NCBI RefSeq assembly: GCF_009914755.1
Contig: NC_060927.1
DNA from: the human T2T-CHM13v2.0 reference genome, Homo sapiens
Length of the DNA stretch: 64,000 nucleotides
Direction: 5' to 3' (one strand)
The notes under the pieces were generated by a model. That model had not been told where the DNA came from and ran no database searches. It saw only the letters and a list, made by a program, of their open reading frames with translations. The position numbers and the translations under genes were made by a program. Below are positions 13,101 to 27,550 of the stretch, piece by piece. Position 1 is the stretch's first letter; each line of letters opens with the position of its first letter.

Positions 13101-15354
13101 CAAGTAGTTGTGCTGGGGTGGGTGGTCAAAGGCAGAGGAAATGAGCAGCACCATCTCTTTCAGAGGCTGAAGGACAGAACAGGCAGGCAGGCTTGAGGAC
13201 AAGCTGTCTGTGGGAAGCTTTCCTTCAAGGCCATCCTGAAAAGAGTTTTATGCATCTCTCAAGCTGTTCTACCTCATGGATCACCTCATAATGACCTGGT
13301 AGCAATGACTGTACAAGGCAAAAAGAAAACTCTTGGCTGCCAGAGGCTGGGAGGAATTTCTAAGGCTCATGGGGATTAGAAACCTCTGTGTCACTGCAGG
13401 AGGGGGAACAATGCCTTCTGTCAGTTTTTATTCAAGTGTTTCATTTTGAGCCCCAACCACACTGACTTTGATGTGAGAATAAATTAATTCCAGAGCCCCG
13501 ACTTGAAATTTCCTGACTCTGCCTGTCTATTGTCTATCCACCCACACAAAAGAGAAACAGCGGAACCTTGTCAGTTTTCAAGTGAGCAGCTTGCAATACA
13601 CATTCTTCTAGGGAGCTTTTTAAAAGGAGCATTGGAGTTTTTCAATCCTCCTTCTTCTTCCTTAAGTATTTGCCCATTTTAATGTTGAGCTGCTTTCTTT
13701 ATATGGAAAAAAGAATTGCTCCACTGAGCTGTAGAAATTTGATTTTCTTGGTCAGTTGGGGTCAATCTTACTCTATTAAAAATTTTAAAACAATCACTTA
13801 TGATGATTCTTCATGTAACTCTTAAGGTTTCATATCTTATATCTTATTTTTATATTGAATCTGCATTTTTGAGGGAACAAAAAATGCTCCCCAGACTTTG
13901 TCTGGCTCACAAAGGGATAAAAGCTTTACAAGATATACATGCCACTCTGACTATAGTCTCTGCATTTTGCATGTGAGGCGATCAGGAAATGGAGACGTTC
14001 AGCAGCTTCTTCCAGATCATCCACTAAATCTGCTGCAGAACTATAATGAGGGCTCTGAGGCTTACTATCTTCATTTCTAGAAAACCCATCAGTCTTCTGT
14101 TTGTAATTTATTATGAGACTGCTTTCTTCCCCGCAGATTCAGAGTTAACTTTTTAATTAAGCATCTACTGTTTGACATTTGTGTTAAGTGCATTTACCTA
14201 CTTTATCTTTTGCAAGCATTTCAAGATTGAAAACTTGAGAATCCTGAAGATACTCTCCCCCTTCTTGTCTCTCAATATGTGCACACATTATTTTACTAGA
14301 TTACTAATGTGTGTATGCATCTGTGTGTGTGGTATAAAGAAGGAAGAAAATTCTTGTTTTTGTGTCTTGGGGACGTTTGGAGAAGTTTCCAATGTAGTGG
14401 ATGCAATTGGCCAGTCTTTTCTCTCCCTGGTGGAAATCTTCATATGATATAAACCTCTCTAGGAACCCCCTCACCCACTGCCTGCATTGGGGCTTGAAGA
14501 AATCAGTGTTGAAATTCAAGTTATCTTCATAGTCAATACCTCAAGATTAAGTATAAGAGGTGTTTTTCCAAAAAGATAATTTAAAATAACTATTGACTTT
14601 TTTCCTGGATGTACAGGAGAGGAATTATCAGCAAGGGCCTGAGTGTTTAAAGCTCTTTGATTTTACTGGACCTGCTCATTCATTCCCCAACTGGCTTTGT
14701 ACTACATTTGAGTTACTGGTGATGACCAAGCTGAATCCAGAGACACAGGCAGGCAGGAGATTGACTGCACCTTTCCCATTGCCCTGTCCTATTAGTTTCC
14801 CTGTACATTCTAGTCCTTAAAATGTGTCAGTTCCCATGGTGTGGAGGATAACAGGTTTTTAGTATGATTATCACCAATTATGACACTAGAAAGAACAGAA
14901 ATCATGCTGTCTTACAAAATTCCTCTGAAACCTAAAGGATGGAGTTACTTTCTTTATTTTCCTGGTTTGAAAGGTCAATTTGTTGCTGCTCATTACTAAC
15001 TAGCCTTGGTTTACAATCACACCAGGGAGTTAACTGAGATTTACACATATTTATATTTACATTGGTTTCATTTCAAAAAGCTTTCCTTATGCATGCACCT
15101 AAATTCCTTTACTTCATTCTAAAACTACTGGAAAGGCAGAATACATTCAGTTTAACGTAATTTATGCAAGATACTCCTTACAGGGAATTTTCTTGGTAGG
15201 AAAGGCCAATATTTATCATCAAGTAAGAATAAATAGAACATTGATTTGATCTTAAAATCATGTTTTCTATATACATACATGCAAACATACACATGCACCT
15301 GGCTACATACATGTGCCACACCCTCTGCTGAAGTTACCAATAGCTTTTGAGGTC

Positions 15355-15530
15355 AGTGAAGCATAGTGATTACAGGCTAAGCTGTGGAGTGGGTAGACCT
15401 GGGCTCAAGTCCTGCCTCTGGCTACGTGATAGTGTACAAATTACTTAACCTCCTGTACAGTATTCCCTTCTTTTAAGGAATACATACTATATAAGGGTTA
15501 ATGTGAGGATCAGATGTAATAATGTCTAAT
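15355..15530 (+). mobile_element. MIR SINE, followed by a MER5-like fragment to ~15650
   Basis: gcatagtgatta..acctgggctcaagtcctgcctctg..ttacttaacctc. Confidence 0.65.
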
Positions 15531-15921
15531 AGACCTGTGCTTCTACGACTCTAAAGTATACACAAATCATCTGGGGATCTTGTTAAATGCAGATTCAAAT
15601 TCAGTAGGTTAAGAATGCTGCTAGTGCATAAGCAATTTTGAGTAGCAAGGCACAGGCTAAGACTTCACAAAATGGAAACCAAAATTGCTATCCAATCGTC
15701 TTGCAAGTCAATTGAGAGAAGAAGGCTGAGAAAGGATTTGTTTGGTGACCAGCGTGAGCAAGGTACAAACTTAGTTTTTCTAGTACAGAGGGAATGAAAC
15801 TTTTGAAGTCACTACATAAGGAGCTACTAGACTTAATTTCCACTTTCTGCCCAGGATCAGCCAAAGACCGTCTGAACCCACATGAGAGATGATAAGGCTC
15901 CAAATGTCCTGAAGCCTCTTA

Positions 15922-16056
<135 letters not shown>

Positions 16057-19000
16057 CTAAAAGAGAAAAATACAAGAAAAGGTAAATTTAAAGTGGATGC
16101 ATCTCCTAAGAATTGTGATCAGTCATGAGAGAGACCTGGCCTCGGGTCAAAAACAGTAGCACATTACATACCCTGCCAATAAAGAAAGAGAATAAACTAA
16201 TTTGCTTGAAAAACTAGTTATTAATTTGGTTGAGGCCATTTCTGCAGTCTTCAGTCTCCCTTCCCACCAGTGCACTCTCTTCTCTCTGTTTAATAGGAAC
16301 TTGAGATTGACATAGATCAGAAAGCCCAGATGCTGTTGATCCATCTCACCAGGCAGCAAGAGTAAGGATAGAATATCTGCCCTCCAATTTCACAGTTCAC
16401 TAAGAAAAGACTTCTACACTCCCTGGGCAGAACAATTCCATCTACGCGGCATAGGTAAGATCCCTTAAAACCAAATTCTGTGTTAAAGATACAGTCTTCA
16501 TACCAAAGCCATTGTCATGTTTCCATGAGTGGCCAGATGCAGAGAGATGTGTTAGAGTGGTTATAACAAATTTTCTGGAAGGAGCAGCTCCATGTAAGGC
16601 ATTCAATATTTTGGTTCTCGTTCATGTAAGAACTCCTGCCTACAACAAAGGGGATGCCTGAATGTTATCGCATTGTGAGTGGGAAGTGGAGAAGGGAAAC
16701 CTGTCTTGCCACCAACTAGTCATTTATGCTTCAACTTCTCAAATTTCTTCTGACCCCCAGTATCATAATCATGTAAGTAAACGTTGAGTCACTGAACACT
16801 TCTTAATAACAAAAGAAAGAACAAAAAATGCTTAAGCCGAGGGTGTTAAAATGAGAAGAAACACTTCTTCTAATTTCCAACATCACCACCATCTAAATAA
16901 AAGTTAACCCAGCAAAAATCTCTTTAAAAATGCCACTTAAGCTTCGAGGGAAGAAGGTTAAAATAAAAGTCATACGGGAAGAAAGAAATGTTTATGTTGC
17001 ATAATTCCATTTCCTTCTGGGGTAGAGTAGAATACATTCATTGGCTTACTATGCCCGAAAGGCTCTATTTTTTCATATGATCTTGGGAATCATAATGGGA
17101 AATGTTATTTGTGTTATATTTGGTAAATTTCATTACAACAAATAACTGGAATGCACCATTGGTTCTAGGAAGGTGCAACATTATTTCTGAAAGGGTAGAG
17201 AACACATGCCACGTGTGTGTTTGTGTTTCTTAAGGTATAAGTTGATGGGGAAAAAAATGTTAGTCACATCTGATATTGTACCCTGCAATCAAATCAAAGT
17301 GACTAGGAAAGAAAAGCAATAGGCTAACATTAATTCATTTATAGGCTTTTTTCTTTTCTTTCATGAAATTACGTGTTCATCTGTGTTATGTTTTTCTTTT
17401 TCTTCCTTGCCTCTCCAAAGAACTACGTCAAAAATAAACTTAGGATTCAAACTCTGTTTTCAGAATACCCAGATTTCTTAAAATCAGGGGATGCCTACTG
17501 ATAAATGCTAGTACTAAGAGTATGTAAAAAAAAAAAAAAAAAGGTTATCTGAAGAAAAATTGCAGTTCTTCCCTGAACCTTAGATTCCCTTACTTTGGAT
17601 AACAAAGGAAAGAAGAGAGAAATAATCTCTGTGTCAGGCACTGTGCTAACTGTGTGTGACACAGAGGGCATGATATTACTTCATTTATATGCATGATATT
17701 ACTCCATTTTCATGTGACATAGGGTAACAGGGCTTGGAGTTGGGTTTAAATCCAAGTCTATATGGTTCCTTTCTACCTTTTTCCATTACGCCATCATACA
17801 TCCAGGAGAACATGTATGTCTATGACCAAAACACCAGGACTTCTCATGGGTATAATTATTCCAATATAAAATGCAGGAGATTTGGCCTGGAGGTAGGGAG
17901 ACTTGCTAGGAGGCAACCATGGCAATTTGGGGAAGAATTGCCTGGAATAAACTCTTCGTGACCAAAATGGGTGTAAAACTTAAGAAAAGGAAAACTGAAA
18001 TGTGTGTGTATGTATGTTTGCACACACAATAGTGAGATGATTGTTACTGAGGATGAGTGGAGGTAACCTAGGGAGACCAATAAAGTCCAGTGTCTTCTGG
18101 GACAGGTTTATCCTGAAGGTGAGAGCCAACCCACCAGGAAAAAAAAAAAAAAGTAAGACCATAGGTGAGGCCCTTTTAATCAAGGACTACGATGAAAAGC
18201 TGGTGGGAGAGAGGAACCTACATGCATTTTCTGAACAAGAAGGAGGTGAAGAGCACCTCAGGATCCACCAATGAGGCCTCAACAAGATAGAGATCCAAAC
18301 TCATGCAGATAATTCCAGGAAAATTTCTGAGAGGAGCACTCCAGAGATGTTTGAGAGACAATGTTTGAGAAAATCATATCTTTGGGGCCCTCCTGGGTTT
18401 ACCAAGCTCAACTCACAGACACCATTCTCAGCCTTTTACTCCTAATGGGACATGTTTAAGGGATAATGGCACCTTGCACAGGTGTACATAGTGTTTAAAA
18501 GGTAAAAGTAATGCTGGGAAGGCCAGATGTAAAGCCACCCCTTTCTCTTCCACTGAGGAAAGCATGTTAGTACTCCAGGGAATTCTAGAGAGCGTGAAGA
18601 TGTTGTTATGGAGATTACCTTGATTCTGCTTTAATTTATCTAAAAAGTGAATCATTGGCAGGTGTTGCTACTTTATTATTAATAACAAACACCTTGTGGC
18701 CCACCTCACTTCTATTCATGATGCCTTCCATCATGGGTCACCACCTCCTTACCTCTGAAGGCATCATGCTTCTGCCTCTTGATACTAAAGCTAACAATCT
18801 GTCCCATGTGCTGGTTGTCTGACTGAAACTCCTGAAGTGTTAAGGGTGTTCTGTGATGACAAAAACATGCTGGTGTCTTGATATAAAACTAGACAATGCA
18901 ATCGGGTTATATAGGCCAGAGGAAAAAAATCCATAAAGAAAAATGGCTGCTCAAGAAACATTCCTAGGCATTGGCAAAATTCTCCTAGCATGCAGGCACC

Positions 19001-19131
19001 TAGTGGCAGCATCTGAGCCAGAGTATATCACCTGGATGAATATGTTATATCTAGATAAGTGTGTGTAATGTCTGGACAAGCATACATAGATTGTGGCAAC
19101 AATATATTTTAAAATAATAGAAAAAAACATA

Positions 19132-19296
19132 TCAGAGCTGGAGATGGGGTGAGGCAAAAAGAAGTGCCTAGTTTGTAAAACCCAAGGAGGCACTCACTCT
19201 CAGCAGACCCTATACTTGCAAAATCCGCAGAGTGAGAGTCTCCTTAAATTTTGCACCCCAGGTACGTCTCTTGCTTTACCTCCAATACTGACCCTA
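19132..19296. mobile_element. MER91A-like hAT-Tip100 MITE
   Basis: ggggtgaggc..aaggaggcactcactctcag..gagtgagagtctccttaaattttgcacc..ttgctttacc. Confidence 0.65.
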
Positions 19297-21059
19297 CTAT
19301 GTCATTTTCATTCCTATCAACTCTTCATTGTCAGGCTTGGAATAATTTTCTTATGCTTAACTAGGGTGGGGCAAAGATGATGGTGAGAAGGAAAGAGTGA
19401 TTGAAGAAAGTAAGGATAGAAAATGAATAGGATTTTGTGACCACTTGAATGCAGAGTTGGATGTCAGTTAGGGAAAGGGAATGGCCAGGTTTTGAGGGGA
19501 CAGAAGAGAATAATATATTTTGAAGATAATGAAACAAGGTACAGGCTAATGCTAGAAGGTTAGTATTGGGCTGCCTGTTCTTGGTGCTACTATTTAAACA
19601 TTCAAACATGCCTGGTGGAAATTTTACTATTATTTCTTTTCAGTCAGGCCTCTAGGGTTTCCACTTTTCCCATGGCAATGGCCCCTACGTCTATGACAAC
19701 GAGAGAGGCCACTTCATCTCAGGAGATTCTCATATCGACCTAGGGGAGGGTATGAACTTAAAAATTAACTGATGAAAAAGGAAATAGGCTTATGATTCTT
19801 ACCATATAGCCCATTTTATAGTTCTCATGGTTTAATAAAAAAATTTTATCATGTGACTAGACAGCAATGGACAGTCTTAAGTAAGAGTCAGCTAAAATAT
19901 TTTCATTTTTATTTTCTGGAAAGTAGTGGTTCCTAAAACCTCATTTATGAAGCTGGAGATAAAATATCTATCTTCAGGGGGTGGTCTTCCACCAAGAATT
20001 CTCTGTGCTCTTTAAAGTTAGCATTAGTAGAAAGAGAGCAGAGTGAAAGGTTAGGTTTATTTTAGAAAGCAACAGGGAGGCAGTGAAAGATGGGATTAAG
20101 TTGAGAAATAAAAGCAAGAAAATGACTGAAAAATGTCAGTGTGTGGAGGTGGCTACTGATGCCTGGTTTTCTGAATACCGGTGAGCTCGCAGAGCCACCA
20201 CGTTTTCATTTCCTGATAGGAAGCATTTATGGAAACCTGTGGTTCTGGTATGTGCTCCAATCTTCTCTGCAGGCAGCACAAGAACAGGTGCCCAGTGCTT
20301 TTTCCTTCTGCCCAGGAAGCCACTGCTCATTATTAAGCAGAGCTGTGGAGCAGCTTTGCAAACCTTGTAAAGTAAGAATGCAAAATGCCCCCTCCATGAC
20401 ACCAAGTCCCCAGTGTGTGGAGCTGTTCCTGGGAAAAGGCTGGTTGCAAATGATGAGCATCTTTCTTTGGGCATTTTTAGATTCTTACATGAAACAACCC
20501 CACTCCTCAGATCCCTTCCCTTCATCTGCCAAACAGGTCATTTGTGAACCTTCTCGACGTTTTCTAAGGGAAGCTGCTGTGTAACAACCTCTGGTTAGTT
20601 GTACCTGCAGTCTACCTTTGGGACCACATTCTTGGGGAGCTTTCTTTCTTTTCTTTTTAAATAGCTGTGTACAATTTGGACCTATACAATGAACCTTGTA
20701 GGTGAACATACTGTTTGGTCTGGACCATTTCTTAAATAATGTTACATTTTTATTCTTTTCTATTTTCAGAAAACTTTCTAAGAGGGCAGTTAAATAGGAA
20801 AGTAGGGAAAGTCACCTAAACTTACTTGGTTCATTTTCTGGAAATGGCAAAGCATTTGCCTCTTTAACCCATTGTACCCTGGCTTTGCATAGGAATTCAG
20901 TAAGCAGGGCTCACTAAGCAGTAAGCAGACTCGAAGGTCTACACCAGAGTAGATCAGTGTTCAATCTGGGATGTAAAATAAAGATTTAAAAATGTAAACT
21001 GGGCCACAGTGTGGACATAGGATGCCCTAAATGTTTTAGGGTTAGAAAAGATTTCCTGA

Positions 21060-21422
21060 GACTGGGTGCGGTGGCTCACACTTATAATCCCAGTGCTTTG
21101 GGAGGCTGAGATGAAAGTATAACTTGAGGCCAGGAGTTTGAGACCAGCTTGGGCAACACAGCTGGACCCTGTCTCTACAAAAATTTGTTTTAAAAAGTAG
21201 CCAGTGTGGTAGCATATGGTTGTAGTCCCAGCTACTCAGGAGGCTGAGGCAAGAGCATCACTTGAGCTCAGGAGTTTAAGGTTACAGTGAGCTTCCAGTG
21301 TGCTACTGCACTGCACTCCGGGAAACAGAGTGAGACCCTGTTTCAAAAAACAAAAAAAACAAAAAAAAACAAAAAAAAAAAGAAGAAAGGAAGAAAGAAA
21401 GAAAGAGAGAAAGAAAGAAAGA
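21060..21422 (+). mobile_element. AluJ with A/CAAA/GAAA-rich tail
   Basis: Divergent Alu dimer; perfect TSD AAAAGATTTCCTGA at 21046-21059 and 21423-21436. Confidence 0.9.
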
Positions 21423-22016
21423 AAAAGATTTCCTGAGAGAACCTTTAATGAGTGATCTAAATTTTTAGGTTTGAAGGTCAGTCTGGGAGAAGTTGCATTC
21501 AGCAGCTTATTATATTACTAAAATATAAACTATAGTCAGAGGTAAGAGAAAGCAATATTATCTTCAATTTTTAAAAATGACACAAAAGAAATGTCCGTTT
21601 AAAATTAATAAGAAAAAAATATCACTCGCCATGCCACTAGGCTGGTAAGTCATATTTTATTTTTCTTTCCTCTCTAGGTATTTTATATATATATAGTTGT
21701 AATCATAGAGTAACTCTGCTTTACGTTTTTGTAACACTATGTCATAAACATGACCTCATGTTATTATCTAAACCTTAGAATTATAATTTAAATAGGCTTT
21801 ATCATAGTCAATACTAAATAACTAAATACTATGATAATAAATATCATAGTATTTAAAGGAATACTGTAATTCATGTAGCCATTACCTTATTGTTAGACAT
21901 TTAGGTTGCTGACAGAGTGCCTGTGTAAAAATCTGTGTTACAATGAACATTTTTGAGCATATGAAAAAGCAATAACCTTCAAAAAAACCTTTGATTTTTC
22001 TACCATTTTTTCTTTT

Positions 22017-22175
22017 TATTTATTTATTTATTTATTTATTTTTTTAAAATTTTTTATTATACTCTAAGTTTTAGGGTACATGTGCACATTGTGCAGGTTA
22101 GTTACATATGTATACATGTGCCATGCTGGTGCGCTGCACCCACTAACGTGTCATCTAGCATTAGGTATATCTCCC
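22017..22175 (-). mobile_element. L1HS pre-Ta, 5'-truncated 3'UTR fragment
   Basis: Minus strand reads GATGACACGTTAGTGGG (ACG diagnostic) and CTTAGAGTATAATAAA (G diagnostic); 14-bp TSD CCATTTTTTCTTTT at 22003-22016 and 22176-22189. Confidence 0.9.
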
Positions 22176-22599
22176 CCATTTTTTCTTTTCAAATACTGTA
22201 CGGCATCTGTCTATTTTGTGTTATCTATAACTTTGTATTTTGTGTGTGAAATTCTAGTATCTGGTTTTATTTTTAGCTGCTCTACCATGTGCCAAACCCA
22301 ATCTCTCACCCTGTGGTCTGTTTCACCTCCACCCACCTCCTCAAAGACTGCAATACTAGTTGCTCTAGAGTTCTTATGACTTAAGGATTCATGTGAGGTA
22401 CAAGGACTGTCTTCAGGAGTGCCCTTGACCTCCCAAAATTGCATGCAAAACTGGATGTGTGCACTTCCCAGTAAGAGGCTATAGATCATGTATCAAATTC
22501 TCAAGTGTTCAGGTGACCAAAAAAGAATAAGAATCATTGACTGTCTAGGGCTCTTTTTAGCATCATTTATCTCTTTCCTTCCACTGGGCTGTTACCTCT

Positions 22600-23600
22600 G
22601 CTTATAGTCTGATTCTAGCTTAAAATCTCTTCTCTTTTAATCTTTAAATTGCCATCCTCCTTGTACCTCTTGCCTTCCCTTCACTGTTAACTTCTTGAAT
22701 GAATACTTACACCTGCTGTGTTCACTTCTTTACCTTCTGTTTACACTCTAACTCCTGGGTCTCACCTATCTCGTTATGCTGAAGTTGCTCTTTTGAAGAT
22801 GATATACACCTACCTACTCATCATGTTGTTCTTCACCCTCTGACTTCTCTTTAGCATGCAAGATTGTTGCCCTTGATCTTAACCTTAGCTTTTTCCTCCT
22901 GGGCATCTGAGTTACTGCCTCCCCTTGGGCCTTCTTCTCCTCTGGCATTTCTTCTCTTAACTCTTTGCCCCTCTTTCCTCTGCTGCCAGATAGAGGTCCT
23001 CTACAATTCCTTGTCATCAGGCCCCTTTTCCTTCTATATTTTTCTCTTGGGACATCTCATCCAAAGCCACATACATGTAGCTCCTGACTCTCCCCTGAAA
23101 CCTAGGTCCATATTTATAAGTACCATCTCCACTGGGATACCTGAAAGTACCTCTGACGTGTCCAAAGCCAAATTCATCATCTTGCCTACAGCTGCTGTTG
23201 CCTCGCGTATTTCCCTGACCAGGTCCACTATGCTCTGTCAGTCAGGCACAAAAGCTTTGATTGCTTTCAGTCTTCTCATTGTATTCTAGGCAGAGGCTTA
23301 GTGCTTCTCTTTCCACAGTACCTCTCCTGCTGCTGCCACCCTTGTTTAGCTTCTTTTTACCTGGTACCAGGCCTGTGGCAGTGGGCTTCCATCTCTGCTT
23401 GCTTCATCTCTCGTTCCCCCATCACCACCATCAAACACCCAGGTTTACTTGTCGAAAGCATGTGCCTGTTGCTTCAAGGCCCTCGTCAATATCCTTTGGA
23501 ACATGCATTATCCACCAAATTACCTCAAAATTCAAAGCCCTTCAAGTTCTGACCCCAAACTGCTTCCCCAATACTCCCCTAAATACATCCTGTTTATTCA
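22600..23600 (+). mobile_element. L2 LINE fragments
   Basis: Pyrimidine-rich L2 body (..ctcatccaaagccac..catctccactgggatacc..gtccaaagccaaattcatcatc). Confidence 0.6.
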
Positions 23601-23907
23601 TTTTCCTAATTAAGGTTTTAGTATTTATAATTAGAATATAGTGGTACATAAATACTTAAGTTTATGGGGGATGCTTTTTAAAGCAAAACCCCAATATCAT
23701 GTTTATTTATCCAATTTGTTCTTTTTTCTAAATCTAACCTCCCTTTGAAGGTTTAGGGTTCAATTATTACAATTCAGCAAAAGTATTTTGAGCAGCTTAG
23801 CAGCTGAGGAGAAAGATGCCCCCATCTTTAACACTCTTAAGATTGAACCAGAAGCACCAGCATCTATGGAAGATACAAAGGCTTTCTCCTAGCCCCTGCT
23901 TATATTT

Positions 23908-24360
23908 TGTATTGGTCAGAGCCACTACAGGAAACAAAAAGTCCACTCAAAAGGTGATTGAGGAAGTTTAATAAAGGGACAATTCACAAACATGTGGAAA
24001 AGGTTAATGGAAACTGACCAGAAAGAGTGGGAGGGAGCAGTTACTAGAATTCAGTAAGAGGAGTATCTTCAGGACAGGGCACCTGACAGGAACTGTGACC
24101 TTCTGTCAGGAAGAAGGTCGCTGCCCAACCACAGCCTAGCAGGCAGGCAGCTAGAGAAATAAATATTTCAAGTTCTCTCGCCTCCTATTCTTTGATCTCT
24201 GATGGCTGCCTCTCGTTGGTCAAATCCAACCAAAAGCTAAGAGCTGGAGAGCTTGGGTGGTGCATCCAAGGAGGCTTGCTTCCTGGGGCACAGAAGGGAG
24301 AGTGGAGAAGGATGGAAAGTGGCTCTAGGGGAGGAAATGGAGAACATCCAGAACTTTATG
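23908..24360 (-). mobile_element. LTR33-like ERVL LTR
   Basis: tgtattggtcag..caggaaacaa..gaggaagtttaataaagggac. Confidence 0.5.
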
Positions 24361-26522
24361 TCACCTCTGGTGCTTGAAGGCCTTTCTCCAGGGAGACAAA
24401 AAGTTTGTGTTGGCTAAAGCTCCCTGGTTGCTCAGGAGCCAAGGGTCACATAATGTGCCAATGGGGGTTTTTGCCTCTGAAAGCCTCTGAGGTATAATTA
24501 CTGCAATGAAACATCCCTTTTCTCTCTCTCCTCTGCCCACCTCCATGCCAGGAAACCTTCCTCTCTTCACTTCTCATCTCTCTGCCACTTCCTTTTCATG
24601 TTGCCAGATGGTTTCAGTAAAATAACCAGGCAGATAATAAACACTTACAGACCAAATTAAATAAGACACGATACTTTTTCTTAACGATTTGCATTACAGC
24701 TTATAATTTAAATTAAGTTGCACCACTTGAGCAATAAAACATTTAGAATGAGAAAGCTGACTTCATTTTGGAAGAAAATGACATAGAAGTGACTGGTATG
24801 TTTCCTTTAGTAGAACACTGGGAATAGAATACCTAGCAATTCTCTTCTGAGTCCCCAACCTGAAACCCTACAGGAGGAAGGGCTGTGGGGAGGAACTATT
24901 GTTGGCTGCCCCCTTCTCCTCAGCATTCATCTGTACATTCTCCTCTTCTCATTCCTTGCTCCAGACTGCTCTCCTCACTCACACCTCCCACAGGTCTATC
25001 AGTTGACACTGGAGGGCATGGGGAGCTGCAACTGGGGTGTTGTTGGTGACAAACACTGAAGTGGTACTCTCAGTGGGGGAAGGTCAGCAGACTGAGAAAG
25101 GAGGGGAGAACAATGCAGGGCACAGGGATATCTGAAAGTCAGGATGTGGAGCTGGGAACACTTTAGGTTGGGGTTCAGCACCTAATTTTTGTTGGGGCTG
25201 ATTCTTTGCAGCACAATTTGAAGGGCAGAGCAAGCCCCTGAAGGTTGAATACAGAGTTGTTCAAGAGCATGGGATCTACAAAATCTAAACCAGACTGAAA
25301 TCAATAGAGCTTTCCCTTGAAAAGCTATAAATAGTTTCCTGAAATCACGTTTTTGCCTAAGATCTTGGGAAACTATTTCCAGTAGCTCTCCTTTATGACA
25401 TTGCTTGCTTCCATACTTCCATATGGGTATGCTCAGAGCAGCAATGAGCCCACAGGACAGCTAGAGTTAGATGTGTATCCTCAGCGAACATGCTTGCTAC
25501 CTTCTGTATGTGACAGTGTGAATGTAGGAAGGCTTGCTGGCTGTGCATTAGAGAATCTTAGACTTTAAAGAGGAGACCAAACTCTAAAATTTGCTCCTGT
25601 AAGCGTTCAGAAATAAATGCACAATACCCCAAGTTTAGGAAGGACATAGGTATACCTCCCTGAGATTAGGGCAGAGGATACTTCCCTAGCTAAGGAGAAG
25701 CTAGTTTAGTAAATGACCATTTATCTCATCCTTTGAGACTCCTTTTAGTCCTTTGAGCACCATCTTCCTTGGTTCCAGGAATATATAGGTCCCGTCTACT
25801 CTCTTGGGCCCAAAGCTTGACTAAAAATTTAAACCCATTTTATTTCCTTTTTTCAAATGACTGAGCCAGTCAGGGAGCTGAACAGGGCTGAGCTTCGTTA
25901 GTACATTTCTGTAAGATGAGAAATAAATGCTGTACAAGTTACATCTCTCTTGTTTACGTCCACATTGCTTTCCAAAGGGTTCTAGCACATCTGTCTTTTG
26001 CCATCTGGGGATTCTTTTTCTGGAAGTCACATCTGACCAAACCTAGGAGAATTTTGAATATTAAGTCAGTGAAAGTCAGTTGTTCCAGTGCAGATGGACT
26101 TACAACCTTGACCTACCTAGGCACTTTAAAAAGACTCAGCCTACCCAGTCAAATATACATCAGGGGTGTGTAAATCCCAAGGGCACACAAATTACATACA
26201 GGGGATGATCCTTGATCCATTCACTGAGTCTAGACACCCACTCTACTTCTCAACCTTGACCTCGGCCTGGTTCTCCAATCTTTGGAATTCATCTTTTCAT
26301 TGCCTAATGAACTGTTTGTATGGCTTACTCTTGGTCCCGACTACTGGGTATGACATTGGTGCTGTGGTCTAGTCACATGAACACAACCATGGCATCTGCC
26401 TTGGCTCAGTGGAACTTACTTGCTTGGCTTACTTCCTTTCAATTTTTCTCACCAGGTGATGGAATCTGACAGGCTACTCTGCTTCATGCCTCACATAGTT
26501 ACTGAAGAAATGGGAAGCGTTA

Positions 26523-26864
<342 letters not shown>

Positions 26865-27329
26865 TTAATAACAGCACAGTCTATTTCCTGATATATTGGA
26901 GGCCTAAAGGTTGGTGACTGATAAGCTGCTAAACCAGAGGAAAGGGCAGACAGACATCATTGAAAAAAGATGGGTCAGTTAAGTTTGTTCTGTTAAAGGA
27001 GAGAAGGAAAGCAATATTAATACAGATGGGCCTATGAATGCTGCCAATATCCATCCATTGCTCCCCTCTATTATGGTTTATGCAAATTTTAATCAGCTTA
27101 TGCCTCTGAAGTGAGACTAAAACTATATTTTCAAGTGTCACTACTGTTTTGAAATCAATGATGTCTCACACTTGACTTCAGTCTTGCCTCCCTGTGTCTA
27201 AGTCCCAGTCCTGGTGACATTCTTAATATGCAGGTAATTTAGATAGGCAGTTTTAAAATACCATTGGCTGAGAAGGTAATTTACTGACAATTTCCAGTTA
27301 GTTAAATGCTTCCCCTGCCATGAACAACA

Positions 27330-27550
27330 ATGACTAACATTTATTGGGCATTACTGAATGACAGGTACTTAACATCTTTTACCTCATTTAATTCTCAGAA
27401 CAATCCTATGAAGGTGGCACAACTATTATTATTGTACCCTGTTTATAGATGAGGAAATTAAGGTCAAGATCACAATGCTAATAAATGGTAGAGTTGAGAC
27501 TCAAATGATGCAAGTCTGGGTTACATACTCTGTCCTTTTGACCTCTACTC
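27330..27550 (-). mobile_element. MIR SINE
   Basis: taacatttattgggc..catttaattctcagaacaatcctatgaagg..tttatagatgaggaaattaagg. Confidence 0.75.

Noticed and set aside
17668-17713. 23-bp two-copy tandem duplication (gcatgatattact..)
   Set aside because: Ordinary local duplication within a MIR remnant
20136-20584. Overlapping long ORFs on both strands (147 aa +, 129 aa -)
   Set aside because: No recognisable domain, no ATG at the + ORF start and no convincing exon structure; consistent with chance in a slightly GC-richer intronic patch
22864-23641. 141-aa and 126-aa ORFs on the + strand
   Set aside because: Lie within pyrimidine-rich degraded L2 sequence; low complexity and no domain
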